The position numbers and the translations under genes were made by a program. The notes under the pieces were generated by a model that ran no database searches, was not told where the DNA came from, and was given only the letters and a program-made list of their open reading frames with translations. This document shows positions 1-8,215 of a stretch of 32,512 nucleotides of DNA, piece by piece. The DNA is taken from NCBI GenBank assembly GCA_007118075.1, contig SKSH01000191.1:1-32512 (forward strand). The letters run 5' to 3'. Position 1 is the first letter of the stretch, and the number at the start of each line of letters is the position of its first letter. This DNA is from Halobacteriales archaeon. GTDB taxonomy: Archaea > Halobacteriota > Halobacteria > Halobacteriales > SKSH01.

Positions 1-87
1 CATAACGTGTGGGGTACCCGCACTGAGGCAAGTAGTTTGTTGTTCAGTTGCCTCTCAGATGATACGTCGTGATATCGAGGATGACAT

Positions 88-1086
88 TCACACCGAGATG
101 TGTTCAGCAGGTACCACCTCCAGACGCCAAACCTTCTCGGTCGGATCCCCGAGTGCAGTCCACGAGCGTCCCAGATCACGGCTGTGAAAGAGCTGACTCT
201 GGTCGCTGTCGCCATCGCCTGCGTATATAATCGTAGTCGGATCGAGTGGGTGGAATCGAAGCGGGTCTGCTGGTCGCGATGCGGGTAATCCCTCCCCAAC
301 CGTGTTCCAGGTTCGGCCACCATCGGTGCTGAGATGGAGTGGGTCACTGGATCGATCCGCATAGACAAGCACCTTGGTCGGATCTGTCGGAGCGAACGTG
401 ACCGTGTGGAGGTAGTATCCGGCGAGCTGTTCGTGAGCTCGCCAGGTCAAGCCCGCATCGCTGCTCGTGAAGAGACCAGAACCAGCTGCCAACAGTACCC
501 GATCTGGATCGATTGGGTCGAACGCGATGCGGTGTGCGTCGGTCCCAGCTCGAGTCTCTTGCCAGGTCATCCCACCATCTACCGAACGAAGCACGCCTCC
601 ATGTTCCACACCAGCCACGATGACCGAAGGTCGACTCGGATGTATCGCTACCGCATGGATATGGCCAGCTTCGAACGGTGGATGAAAAAAGGTCCATCTG
701 GGGCGGCTCTCAACCGATTCGATCCCACTCAATGGTTCGAAGGTCACTCCAGCATCATTCGACCGGTAGAGCATGGGAGGTTCCGTCCCCACATAGATCG
801 TCGCTGGATCGGTTGGATCTCTGGTTACCCCCCACACCCAACGATCTTCGAAGCCGAGCGCTTCAGCTTCCATCCCCCCATCGGTTGTCCGATGAAGTCC
901 CCATCCACGGAGCCCACATCCGATGAGCACCTTTGCCGGATCTCTGGGATGAATTGAAAGGTCCCTGATCACATTACCGCGGACACACGTGGCATCGAAC
1001 GTGATCGAATCCCCCTGTAAGGTGGCTCTTCGAAGTCCATCATGAGTGCCGAGATAGAGCCAGATCGGCTGTAGTGAATCGGTCAT
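88..1086 (-). CDS. BNR/Asp-box repeat beta-propeller protein (WD40/YVTN/sialidase-like)
   Basis: Repeated Asp-box motifs (RSNDAGVTF, RSVDGGMTW, TSSDAGLTW, LSTDGGRTW, HSRDLGRSW) and DPxDP turns. Start moved to ATG 1086 (MTDSLQ). No signal peptide. Confidence 0.85.
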   Translation of the reverse strand: MTDSLQPIWLYLGTHDGLRRATLQGDSITFDATCVRGNVIRDLSIHPRDPAKVLIGCGLRGWGLHRTTDGGMEAEALGFEDRWVWGVTRDPTDPATIYVGTEPPMLYRSNDAGVTFEPLSGIESVESRPRWTFFHPPFEAGHIHAVAIHPSRPSVIVAGVEHGGVLRSVDGGMTWQETRAGTDAHRIAFDPIDPDRVLLAAGSGLFTSSDAGLTWRAHEQLAGYYLHTVTFAPTDPTKVLVYADRSSDPLHLSTDGGRTWNTVGEGLPASRPADPLRFHPLDPTTIIYAGDGDSDQSQLFHSRDLGRSWTALGDPTEKVWRLEVVPAEHISV

Positions 1087-1215
1087 AGCAACGAACACGG
1101 AAGAAATCGGTATAGCCGTTTGCTGAAGCTCATTTTGGTCAATGAATCGAAGTATCAAGCCGAGTAACCAGGTAGCGGCCTCTTGGTAGGCACTTCCAAC
1201 GAAACCGTAGGTGAG

Positions 1216-1686
1216 TCAATCGATCGACAGAATCTCGATTTCGAATTCGAGTGTCTCGCCAGCGAGTCGATGGTTGAAATCGACACGAACCACCTCATCA
1301 TCGACGTGAACGACCTCTTGCAGTGTTCCTGTTTGAGTCTGGAGGAACGTCCCTTCCTCGATATCCTGATTCCCGACCAATCGTGAGATCTCATCTCGTT
1401 CGAACTCTCTGACAAGTTCCTCATCCCACTCGCCATACCCGGCCTCTGGATCGATGGTGAAGGTCGTTTCCACCCCTTCCTTGAGCCCGATCAAGGCGTC
1501 GTCGAACCCTTCGATGAGTTCACCGGTTCCGACCTCGATACTCAGGGGCTCGAACGTGTGTTCGGCTGCTTCATCGATCAATCCTGCCTCGATTGCAACG
1601 CTTCGTTTCGTCGTATCGAATACCGTACCATCCTCGAATCGGCCGACATACTCAATGGTGACCGTATCACCGGATGTGATCGCCAT
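1216..1686 (-). CDS. FKBP-type peptidyl-prolyl cis-trans isomerase (SlyD-like, with IF domain)
   Basis: GDTVTIEYVGRFEDGTVFDT, LIEGFDDALIG and VDFNHRLAGETLEFEIEI motifs. Start at ATG 1686 (MAITSGD). Confidence 0.93.
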   Translation of the reverse strand: MAITSGDTVTIEYVGRFEDGTVFDTTKRSVAIEAGLIDEAAEHTFEPLSIEVGTGELIEGFDDALIGLKEGVETTFTIDPEAGYGEWDEELVREFERDEISRLVGNQDIEEGTFLQTQTGTLQEVVHVDDEVVRVDFNHRLAGETLEFEIEILSID

Positions 1687-1811
1687 ACCGTGCCGATGGG
1701 TGTCGGAGGGATAAATCCATGCAACAGCATTCCCAACAATCAATCTACCCTTCATTCTCGTTTGCGGTTTCTTGCGACCATCTTTATCCTCCATCTCTTC
1801 GAAGTACGTGT

Positions 1812-2246
1812 ATGATTGAGACCGTCTTGGTCCCTGTCGATCGCGGCGATCCAGCAGACCGAGCGTTCGAGTTCGCCCTCGAGCGGTATCCTGACGCCAA
1901 CGTCACGGTCCTCTATGTCATCTCCCCCGCAGAAGCACGATATCTGACCGGAAACGAAACTCGATTCAGACCGAAGTTCGATGAGGCTGTCGAAGAGGCG
2001 ACTGCATTTCTCGATGAGTACGTCGAACGCGGGAAACAAGCAGATGTGACGGTTGAGGCGGATTACACCATGTCATATGAAGGTGGGAGAACCGCACGGG
2101 CGATCCTCGACTACCTCGACGACCATTCCTTCAATCACATCGTCATGGGCAGTCATGGCCGGAGGGGTACCGCAAGGATCATGCTTGGAAGTGTGGCTGA
2201 AAAGGTCGTCCGTCAGGCGGAAATCCCCGTGACAGTCGTCCGGTGA
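1812..2246 (+). CDS. Universal stress protein (UspA family)
   Basis: N-terminal VLVPVD and C-terminal IVMGSHGRRG...LGSVAEKVVR..PVTVV. Start at ATG 1812. Confidence 0.93.
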   Translation: MIETVLVPVDRGDPADRAFEFALERYPDANVTVLYVISPAEARYLTGNETRFRPKFDEAVEEATAFLDEYVERGKQADVTVEADYTMSYEGGRTARAILDYLDDHSFNHIVMGSHGRRGTARIMLGSVAEKVVRQAEIPVTVVR

Positions 2247-2305
2247 AATAATCGTATAAGCATCGGAAAGACCTATATCAGACCGGGAAGTGCCGTATTC
2301 CACCG

Positions 2306-2458
2306 ATGACGGTCTTTTCTGAGACACTTGAGAGCGAACGGTTACGATTCGAGATAGCCGATCAAGAGCAGATCGATCCACTCGAATTGTACAAGCGTGC
2401 ACGTTCCGGAGCCCCGGACATCGAGAAGGTCACCGAGTTCGTAACCTGAGACCCTTAC
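2306..2458 (+). pseudogene. 5' fragment of a RimJ/RimL-type GNAT acetyltransferase, truncated at an IS end
   Basis: Hand translation gives MTVFSETLESERLRFEIADQEQIDPLELYKRARSGAPDIEKVTEFVT*DPY, resembling the GNAT N-terminus (xxETERLRL...VTxxxxWDP). TGA at 2447-2449 falls where TGG (Trp) is expected, and IS-end sequence follows. Confidence 0.65.
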
Positions 2459-2520
2459 GGAAAATCCGAGGCGAAAGCCTCGCCCTTCAGGGTGGGGATG
2501 AAGCCGACCAACAGTATGCA
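2459..2520 (+). mobile_element. Orphan left end of an IS200/IS605-family element (no tnpA/tnpB)
   Basis: TTAC at 2455-2458, AAAG at +16..+19 (2474-2477), then hairpin CCTCGCCC-TTCA-GGGTGGGG (2478-2497). This is the layout of the IS608 left end. The right boundary is approximate. Confidence 0.75.
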
Positions 2521-2540
2521 ACCGGTAGTTCCACGCAGCC

Positions 2541-2547
2541 CTTTAAT
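2541..2547 (+). promoter_or_regulatory. TATA box of the PAC2-family gene
   Basis: CTTTAAT about 25-30 nt upstream of ATG 2572, the typical spacing for a leaderless haloarchaeal gene. Confidence 0.55.
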
Positions 2548-2571
2548 GCACTAGCGAGCAATCATGGTGGC

Positions 2572-3330
2572 ATGACGGCTTGCTCATTCGATCAACTCGT
2601 CGAGACCGATGCGAAAGCACCTACCTTGATCGAGGGATTGCCCGGTCACGGGTTGGTCGCCTCGATCACTGTCGAACAGATCGCCCAACAGCTCGAACTC
2701 GAACCGTACGGTGGGATCAGGTCCGAGGAGGTCCCACCGGTACTCTCGTTCACCGATGGACTCGTCCACGACACCATCCGCGTCAAATCAGGGCGACCAC
2801 CAGGGGCGGACCATGATGTGCTGACGCTACACGGTGATATTCTGCTGCCTGAGGAATCACATCGACCCTTCAGCCAGTGTGTCCTCAATGATCTTGCCGA
2901 CCGTATCGAACGAGGGATCTTCCTCGCCGCGGCACCGGCCAAAACAGAGGAGGAACATGGAAAGATCCTCGGGGTCGCGACTGATGAGGACATCAAAGCG
3001 GAGCTACTCGACGCCGGAATCGATCTTGCGGAGGGTGACGGCCTCGTCGGCGGAATCACCGGTGCACTCGTCGATGCCTGTTATCACCAATCGGTCCCAG
3101 CGGCACTCTTGTTGGTCAGAGCGGATCCGTACGTCCCCGATCCAGAAGCTGCCCAGCTGGTGATCGATCATGCACTGGAACCGTTAGTCGACTTCGAAGT
3201 TGACACGGACGAACTACTTGAACAGGCCAAACAGATCCAGGCTCGAAAGGCGCAGATAGCCGAACAGCTCCAACACGCTGACGAGGGTGAAAAACCCGAT
3301 TCAGCGTCGGTTGCCGGGATGTTCCAGTGA
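2572..3330 (+). CDS. Proteasome assembly chaperone (PAC2) family protein
   Basis: PTLIEGLPGHGLVASI, GLVGGITGAL and PDPEAA motifs, plus a C-terminal coiled-coil tail ending GMFQ. Confidence 0.88.
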   Translation: MTACSFDQLVETDAKAPTLIEGLPGHGLVASITVEQIAQQLELEPYGGIRSEEVPPVLSFTDGLVHDTIRVKSGRPPGADHDVLTLHGDILLPEESHRPFSQCVLNDLADRIERGIFLAAAPAKTEEEHGKILGVATDEDIKAELLDAGIDLAEGDGLVGGITGALVDACYHQSVPAALLLVRADPYVPDPEAAQLVIDHALEPLVDFEVDTDELLEQAKQIQARKAQIAEQLQHADEGEKPDSASVAGMFQ

Positions 3331-3388
3331 CCAGGAGGAACCGGTAGTGAAGCGACCGATTGATGGAAGCGCACTCGAAGGTGAAACT

Positions 3389-4315
3389 ATGCAAGACCGA
3401 CAGATCCTCGTAACCGGTGGTGCTGGCTTCATCGGTTCTAACATCGCTAACACGCTTGTTGAGTTTAACGAGGTAGTGGTCGTCGATGATGAGTCATTAG
3501 GGACCAAGGACCATCTCGATGATGCGGTCGACTTCCATCGTCGTAGCGTGCTCGAAGACAACCTTCCGGTGGAAGATATCGACCTCGTCATCCATTTCGC
3601 CGCTCGCTCATCGTATGGTCTCGTCGAACAAGACCCACCAGGTGGATTCCGGGTCAACGTCGAAGGGTTCGTCAATACGGTCGATCAGGCAGTGGATGCG
3701 GGATGTGAGCAGGTCATCTATGCCTCCTCGTCGTCGGTCTATGACACTCACACGAGTCCTGTGACGGTCACCGACCCGGTCAAGGCAAATACAGGGTATG
3801 AAGCCTCGAAGCTGGCTAGGGAACATGCAGCCGAGTACCTCAGTGCGCACCGGGACATTACCATCGCCGGGCTTCGGTTGTTCTCAGTCTATCAGGGCAT
3901 GCAACGTGGAGAGAAGCACAAAGGCGGGTACGCGAACGTATTGGCACAGTTTGCAGAACAACTGGCTGAGGGACAGGCTCCGGCACTCTATGGAGACGGT
4001 TCGCAGGCTCGCGATTTCATACACGTCGACGATGTGGTCGCTGCGGTTGAGGCTGCAGCGACGGCGAAGCTCGACGGGAGCTACAACGTCGGGACCGGAA
4101 CTGCAGCATCATTCAATGAGGTTGTTGAACGCCTCAACCGATCACTCGGGACCGATATCCCGCCGACATACATCGAACATCCGATGCCCCCTTCCGTGTA
4201 CGTACAGTACACCTGCGCAGATTCCTCCGAACTGAGGGAGGCATCCGGATGGGAACCGAGGATCGATCTCAGCGAGGGGATCGATCGCCTGTGTCAGCCG
4301 TACCTTGATGGATAG
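3389..4315 (+). CDS. NAD-dependent epimerase/dehydratase (extended SDR)
   Basis: ILVTGGAGFIGS, YASSSSVY, YEASK (YxxxK) and GDGSQARDFIHVDD. SD-like GAAGGTGA before ATG 3389. Confidence 0.92.
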   Translation: MQDRQILVTGGAGFIGSNIANTLVEFNEVVVVDDESLGTKDHLDDAVDFHRRSVLEDNLPVEDIDLVIHFAARSSYGLVEQDPPGGFRVNVEGFVNTVDQAVDAGCEQVIYASSSSVYDTHTSPVTVTDPVKANTGYEASKLAREHAAEYLSAHRDITIAGLRLFSVYQGMQRGEKHKGGYANVLAQFAEQLAEGQAPALYGDGSQARDFIHVDDVVAAVEAAATAKLDGSYNVGTGTAASFNEVVERLNRSLGTDIPPTYIEHPMPPSVYVQYTCADSSELREASGWEPRIDLSEGIDRLCQPYLDG

Positions 4316-4319
4316 CCGA

Positions 4320-4874
4320 TCACGCAGCGTCAGCTGGTGTGTCGAAATCGTGGAAGTGATCGCCGTGTTCCTTGCTCAGAATGTTCAATGCCGCAGCCGC
4401 ACCATCGCCAGCTGAGATGATCGCCTGCCATTCCTCCACCCGGACCATCGCCCCGGTGGCGTATGCATCAGGAACACTCGTCTCCATGGTGACATCCACT
4501 TCGACCACCCCATCGTCGGTGAAATCACAACCGAGTGACTCAGCCAAATCCCGCTTTGCTCCAGTGGCGAGGACGAGGTAGTCTGCCTCGTATCGCTCAT
4601 CCGCCTCGACCTCGAAGCCGTCGTCAGTAGCGGTAACTTCGGTCACGGCAACATCGGTCTCGATGGTCGCCCCGAAACCGGCCGCCTGCATTCGAACCTG
4701 TTCGATGAATTCACTCCCATCCATGGACTCGATACCGAGATAGTTGAACAGATGGGCCTTGTGCATCCACGTCTTGTCATTATCGAGCACGAGCGTCCCG
4801 AGATCGTTTTTGGCGGTGAACAAACCAGCACTCAAACCAGCCGGTCCTCCACCAATTACGAGTACATCGACCAT
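4320..4874 (-). CDS. Short FAD-dependent oxidoreductase (thioredoxin reductase-like, FAD domain only)
   Basis: DVLVIGGGPAGLSAG, LVLATG, ETSVPDAYATG and QAIISAGDG motifs. 184 aa from ATG 4874. Confidence 0.88.
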   Translation of the reverse strand: MVDVLVIGGGPAGLSAGLFTAKNDLGTLVLDNDKTWMHKAHLFNYLGIESMDGSEFIEQVRMQAAGFGATIETDVAVTEVTATDDGFEVEADERYEADYLVLATGAKRDLAESLGCDFTDDGVVEVDVTMETSVPDAYATGAMVRVEEWQAIISAGDGAAAALNILSKEHGDHFHDFDTPADAA

Positions 4875-4911
4875 ACGAAACAATCGGTCCCTAGCGGTAA
4901 AAGGTCGAGGC

Positions 4912-5169
4912 TCAGCCCTCTCCTTCGGCCTGTCCAGGTTCACCGATTGCCTCGATTGGAGCACTCGAGAGCAGTTCGGATGAGAGTTCGTCGACCGATT
5001 CGAATGCGTCACTCGGGGTTCTCGAGACGAGGTCAGCTAATGGCTCCTCGCCATCGGCATAGAGGACCATCACATCTCCGAGAGAATCTGCTACGTCATC
5101 CCGTGTCACCGGGTATGAGATCGTTTCTAACTCGACTCTGAGCTCTGATAGGTGGATGCGCTCTCCCAT
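4912..5169 (-). CDS. Small acidic haloarchaeal protein (DUF5789/DUF2795-like)
   Basis: YPVTRDDV...GEEPLADLV...FESVDEL pattern, acidic, 85 aa. Confidence 0.75.
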   Translation of the reverse strand: MGERIHLSELRVELETISYPVTRDDVADSLGDVMVLYADGEEPLADLVSRTPSDAFESVDELSSELLSSAPIEAIGEPGQAEGEG

Positions 5170-5256
5170 AGGCTATACAATGTCAACAATTGGCATAACT
5201 CCTCCCCCTGGGACATGGTCGAAACCATCATACCGTCGTCGTGTGCACCGACGAAC

Positions 5257-5646
5257 ATGGTCGAGACTGACACGGCGACGATCCTCGCATTGATGAGTGT
5301 CGCTATCATCGCCTACTTTATCGTCACATCGGTTCCTCGGGTGGACGCGATGTCGAGGAGCTATCGGAAGTTCACCGCTCTCACCACCCTCGGTATCACC
5401 TATATCATCCTGATTGGTCTGTTCATGGCCATCCTCATCTCGATCGACGGGCAGATGATCGAAGCGATTATCCTGGCGCTCGGGGTGGCGACGTTCCTCC
5501 TCTTTGGACTCTCACTGTTGTACGATGTCGCAGACGACTGGCTTCGGCTATTCGCCGATCCGGAGTTTAACACCTTGGTCGAGATTTCACTCGTGTTGGC
5601 GGTCGTCGTCTTTCTGGTCATCAGCTTCCTTGCGATCGAAACGTAA
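5257..5646 (+). CDS. Hypothetical membrane protein (about 4 TM helices)
   Basis: Four hydrophobic segments. Start probably ATG 5257 (MVETDTA), but uncertain. Confidence 0.7.
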   Translation: MVETDTATILALMSVAIIAYFIVTSVPRVDAMSRSYRKFTALTTLGITYIILIGLFMAILISIDGQMIEAIILALGVATFLLFGLSLLYDVADDWLRLFADPEFNTLVEISLVLAVVVFLVISFLAIET

Positions 5647-5696
5647 GAGACCAATCGCCTACGTTTATGTGACCACCTCTCCGAGTTATGGGCAAC

Positions 5697-5846
5697 ATGA
5701 GTGTCTCGAAGCAGGTTGAGGAAATCGACAGCCCATTCCTCTGGCGAAGCGCGATCATCACGGCAATCTGGCTTGGGATCTTCACCGTGATGGCCGTGAT
5801 CCTCTTCTTGTTCAAAGAGCCGATCAGAAATCTCTTCTTCGGTTGA
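5697..5846 (+). CDS. Small single-pass membrane protein (49 aa; not in ORF track)
   Basis: Translates as MSVSKQVEEIDSPFLWRSAIITAIWLGIFTVMAVILFLFKEPIRNLFFG*. TTTATG box at 5664-5669, and the ORF fills the intergenic gap. Confidence 0.65.
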   Translation: MSVSKQVEEIDSPFLWRSAIITAIWLGIFTVMAVILFLFKEPIRNLFFG

Positions 5847-5852
5847 ACGACC

Positions 5853-6287
5853 TCATCCTACAGAGGGCGGTATTGTCTCATAGGCAGTAATATCCTCACC
5901 TGGGTCGAGCTGCATCGACCGTATCGACATCACCTGTTTCAACGTCTCCGTGCCGCTGATATGTGGGGTGATGAGTCGAGGTACCCCTTCGACCTCACCG
6001 TCGAGGCGATTAGTCGCCAACACACCATCGAGGGCCGAAGCGATGGGGAGACAGACCTGATACCCATCGACCGCTTGGATCGAAAGATGCGTCGTCGTAT
6101 CCTCAACGTGAGACAAGACCCGTTCCAGCGGAAAGCCCTCCCACTGGCCCTGATATCGTCGTCCAGAGGCACAGGTGAATGATGTGTCCACCGTAGCCAT
6201 ATCCGATCCATCCAAGGTGAGGAGCTCCAAGACGCGATCATCACGTCCGTAGAGCACGACGGTATGCTCCGATTCATCGCCCGGCAT
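5853..6287 (-). CDS. Molybdopterin-binding oxidoreductase domain protein (sulfite oxidase/MsrP-like, short)
   Basis: FTCASG..W.GFPL..VL, AVDGYQVCLPI and PRLI..ISG...LKQV motifs. Confidence 0.75.
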   Translation of the reverse strand: MPGDESEHTVVLYGRDDRVLELLTLDGSDMATVDTSFTCASGRRYQGQWEGFPLERVLSHVEDTTTHLSIQAVDGYQVCLPIASALDGVLATNRLDGEVEGVPRLITPHISGTETLKQVMSIRSMQLDPGEDITAYETIPPSVG

Positions 6288-6435
6288 TGAACGAGGCTAC
6301 GCGGTGTCTGAACAAATCTTCACGACCCAGTTCCCAGTAACTGGGAGTCCAATAATCGTTGGACATGGACCAGGTACCACCTCAGCCGACAAGCGCAAGA
6401 AAGGTATCTATTCGAACGCGAGAGTGAGTAACGAA

Positions 6436-6789
6436 ATGTTCTCAATCACCTTCTATGCGACCGTGGACCTCGATCGGACCGTCAGATTCTACCGGGAGAC
6501 GTTCGACGCAGCGAGCTGGTTAGAGCAACCCGACTGTACGATTTTGCGGCTCGGAAATCAGCTGATCGGCTTTTGTGAGCGCGACCATGCGGACACCGCG
6601 GGTATCATCACCATCGTAACCGGAGATCGAGAGGGAGTTGACAGATACTACGATCAACTAGCCGATCGTGCAGAAGGACCTCCATCCAGAAATGATCACT
6701 ATGAGATTTACCATTTCTACCTCAGCGACCCAGATGGCCGCTCAGTCGAGGTGCAAACATTCTTGCACGAGCTTCCGCCAATCCCGTGA
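6436..6789 (+). CDS. VOC (glyoxalase/bleomycin resistance) family protein
   Basis: DLDRTVRFY and YHFYLSDPDGRSVEVQTF. Start at ATG 6436. Confidence 0.88.
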   Translation: MFSITFYATVDLDRTVRFYRETFDAASWLEQPDCTILRLGNQLIGFCERDHADTAGIITIVTGDREGVDRYYDQLADRAEGPPSRNDHYEIYHFYLSDPDGRSVEVQTFLHELPPIP

Positions 6790-6899
6790 ACCTGACGGGA
6801 GGTCCCAGATTCCGTAACAGCCAAATATACCCTCTCCGCCGGTTCTCCAAGGTAGTAACCATGGCTCGAATCCACCGGTGACGGAAGATTCAGCTTCGA

Positions 6900-7301
6900 A
6901 TGGATGCCATTGACTGGATTACCAAATCGATGTTCGGCAAAAGACGGGTACAAACGTTCGGATTCGTCGCCATCGCAGGAGCTCTGGGTGCACTGTTCCG
7001 GTATGGCATCGAGTTCATCGGCATCTCTGGGCATGGAAGCACCTTGCTGGCGAACGTCATCGGCTGTCTCTTACTCGGAGTGTTCATCGTGATCGTTGGC
7101 CCGGAAAACCGTCGGATCAGAGCAATCATCGGCGGTGGATTCATCGGTTCGATGACCACCTATAGCGGTTTGGCCACCGCGGTTGTGGCAACATCACCGG
7201 TTCGAGGCGCGCTGTATCTCGGGGTGACCTACGCTGCCGGTTTGTTGGCGATCTGGTTGGGTAGTGAACTCGCTGGTCGCGGAGGATATCGATGGAGCTG
7301 A
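6900..7301 (+). CDS. crcB: Fluoride efflux channel Fluc/CrcB subunit 1
   Basis: GALGALFR, TLLANVIGC and GFIGSMTTYS motifs, 4 TM. Start uncertain. Confidence 0.85.
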   Translation: MDAIDWITKSMFGKRRVQTFGFVAIAGALGALFRYGIEFIGISGHGSTLLANVIGCLLLGVFIVIVGPENRRIRAIIGGGFIGSMTTYSGLATAVVATSPVRGALYLGVTYAAGLLAIWLGSELAGRGGYRWS

Positions 7302-7627
7302 CCGTCGCGGTAGCCATCGGCGGTGCGGTTGGTGCGATCCTCCGGGTCTGGTTGGCAGATCTCTTGGCAGCTCGACCACCAACCGCAACGTTGGTCGTCA
7401 ATCTGGTGGGAAGTTTCCTCGCAGGGTACGCCATTGTCACACTGACCGGGACCGTTCTAATCTTGGTCGTAGTCGGGCTCTGTGGGGCGTTGACCACCTT
7501 CTCGACATTTGCGAACGAATTCCGTGCATACGCCGCAGAGGGTGAGCATCTCGCCGCCGTCTCGTATGCCGTGATCACCGCTATCGGCTGTCTGCTTGCG
7601 GTCTGGATCGGCCTCATGTTCGGGTGA
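7292..7627 (+). CDS. crcB: Fluoride efflux channel Fluc/CrcB subunit 2
   Basis: GGAVGAILR, TLVVNLVGSF and GLCGALTTFSTF motifs. Overlaps subunit 1 and has SD GGAGG. Confidence 0.9.
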   Translation: MELTVAVAIGGAVGAILRVWLADLLAARPPTATLVVNLVGSFLAGYAIVTLTGTVLILVVVGLCGALTTFSTFANEFRAYAAEGEHLAAVSYAVITAIGCLLAVWIGLMFG

Positions 7628-7648
7628 AACTTCAGTTCATTTGAAGAG

Positions 7649-8215
7649 GTGGTCAACCCTCCACCGACTGTGAACTGGTACCTGACTGGTCACCCCGGTA
7701 TCGGCAAGACGACGGTGGTCGAATCACTGGTCGTGCGACTCACTCGTCGCGGTTGGGCGGTCGATGGGTTGCTCGCTCCAGAGCGCCGAAAGGGGGGTCA
7801 ACGAACAGGGTTCGATATCAGCGATGTGCATGGCCAGGATCGGGTCCCCATGGCATCAAGCGAAGTATCGGGTACCCCCAGCGTTGGACGGTATACGGTC
7901 GACACTGATGCGATCGAACGAATCACGGCTACCGTATTATCCCGGGCACGCAAGCAGGCAGATGCTGTTGTGATCGATGAACTCGGAGGGATGCAATCGA
8001 AGAGCCAAGTATTCCTCGATGAGGTCGCCCTGACGCTTGCTGCGCCGATCCCGACGGTACTCACGGTGAAGGTCGATGGGTTTCGCCACTATCTCGAGCT
8101 TGTTGGGGTCACGTTCGACGAAATCCAGTTGATCAAAGTGGACGAGACCAACCGAGACCGACTGCCCAGAGAGCTCACCAAGTCGGTCGAGGCCACGCTC
8201 GGTAATACAGCCTAG
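7649..8215 (+). CDS. Nucleoside-triphosphatase, THEP1/NTPase_1 family
   Basis: Walker A LTGHPGIGKTT, RTGF, VGRYTVD, Walker B VVIDELGGMQ and NRDRLP. Confidence 0.88.
   Translation: MVNPPPTVNWYLTGHPGIGKTTVVESLVVRLTRRGWAVDGLLAPERRKGGQRTGFDISDVHGQDRVPMASSEVSGTPSVGRYTVDTDAIERITATVLSRARKQADAVVIDELGGMQSKSQVFLDEVALTLAAPIPTVLTVKVDGFRHYLELVGVTFDEIQLIKVDETNRDRLPRELTKSVEATLGNTA

Noticed and set aside
1..87. Minus-strand mini-ORF MSSSISRRII directly after the BNR gene stop
   Set aside because: Only 10 codons with no supporting features, and the context is cut off by the window edge.
5212..5268. Short direct repeat ACATGGTCGA giving two in-frame MVET starts
   Set aside because: A 10-nt repeat can arise by chance. 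It only makes the start codon ambiguous.
6790..6899. Possible fluoride riboswitch upstream of the crcB pair
   Set aside because: No GGCGATG...CGCC / GCTGATGAC-like consensus seen. Only a hairpin at the VOC stop (6782-6800).
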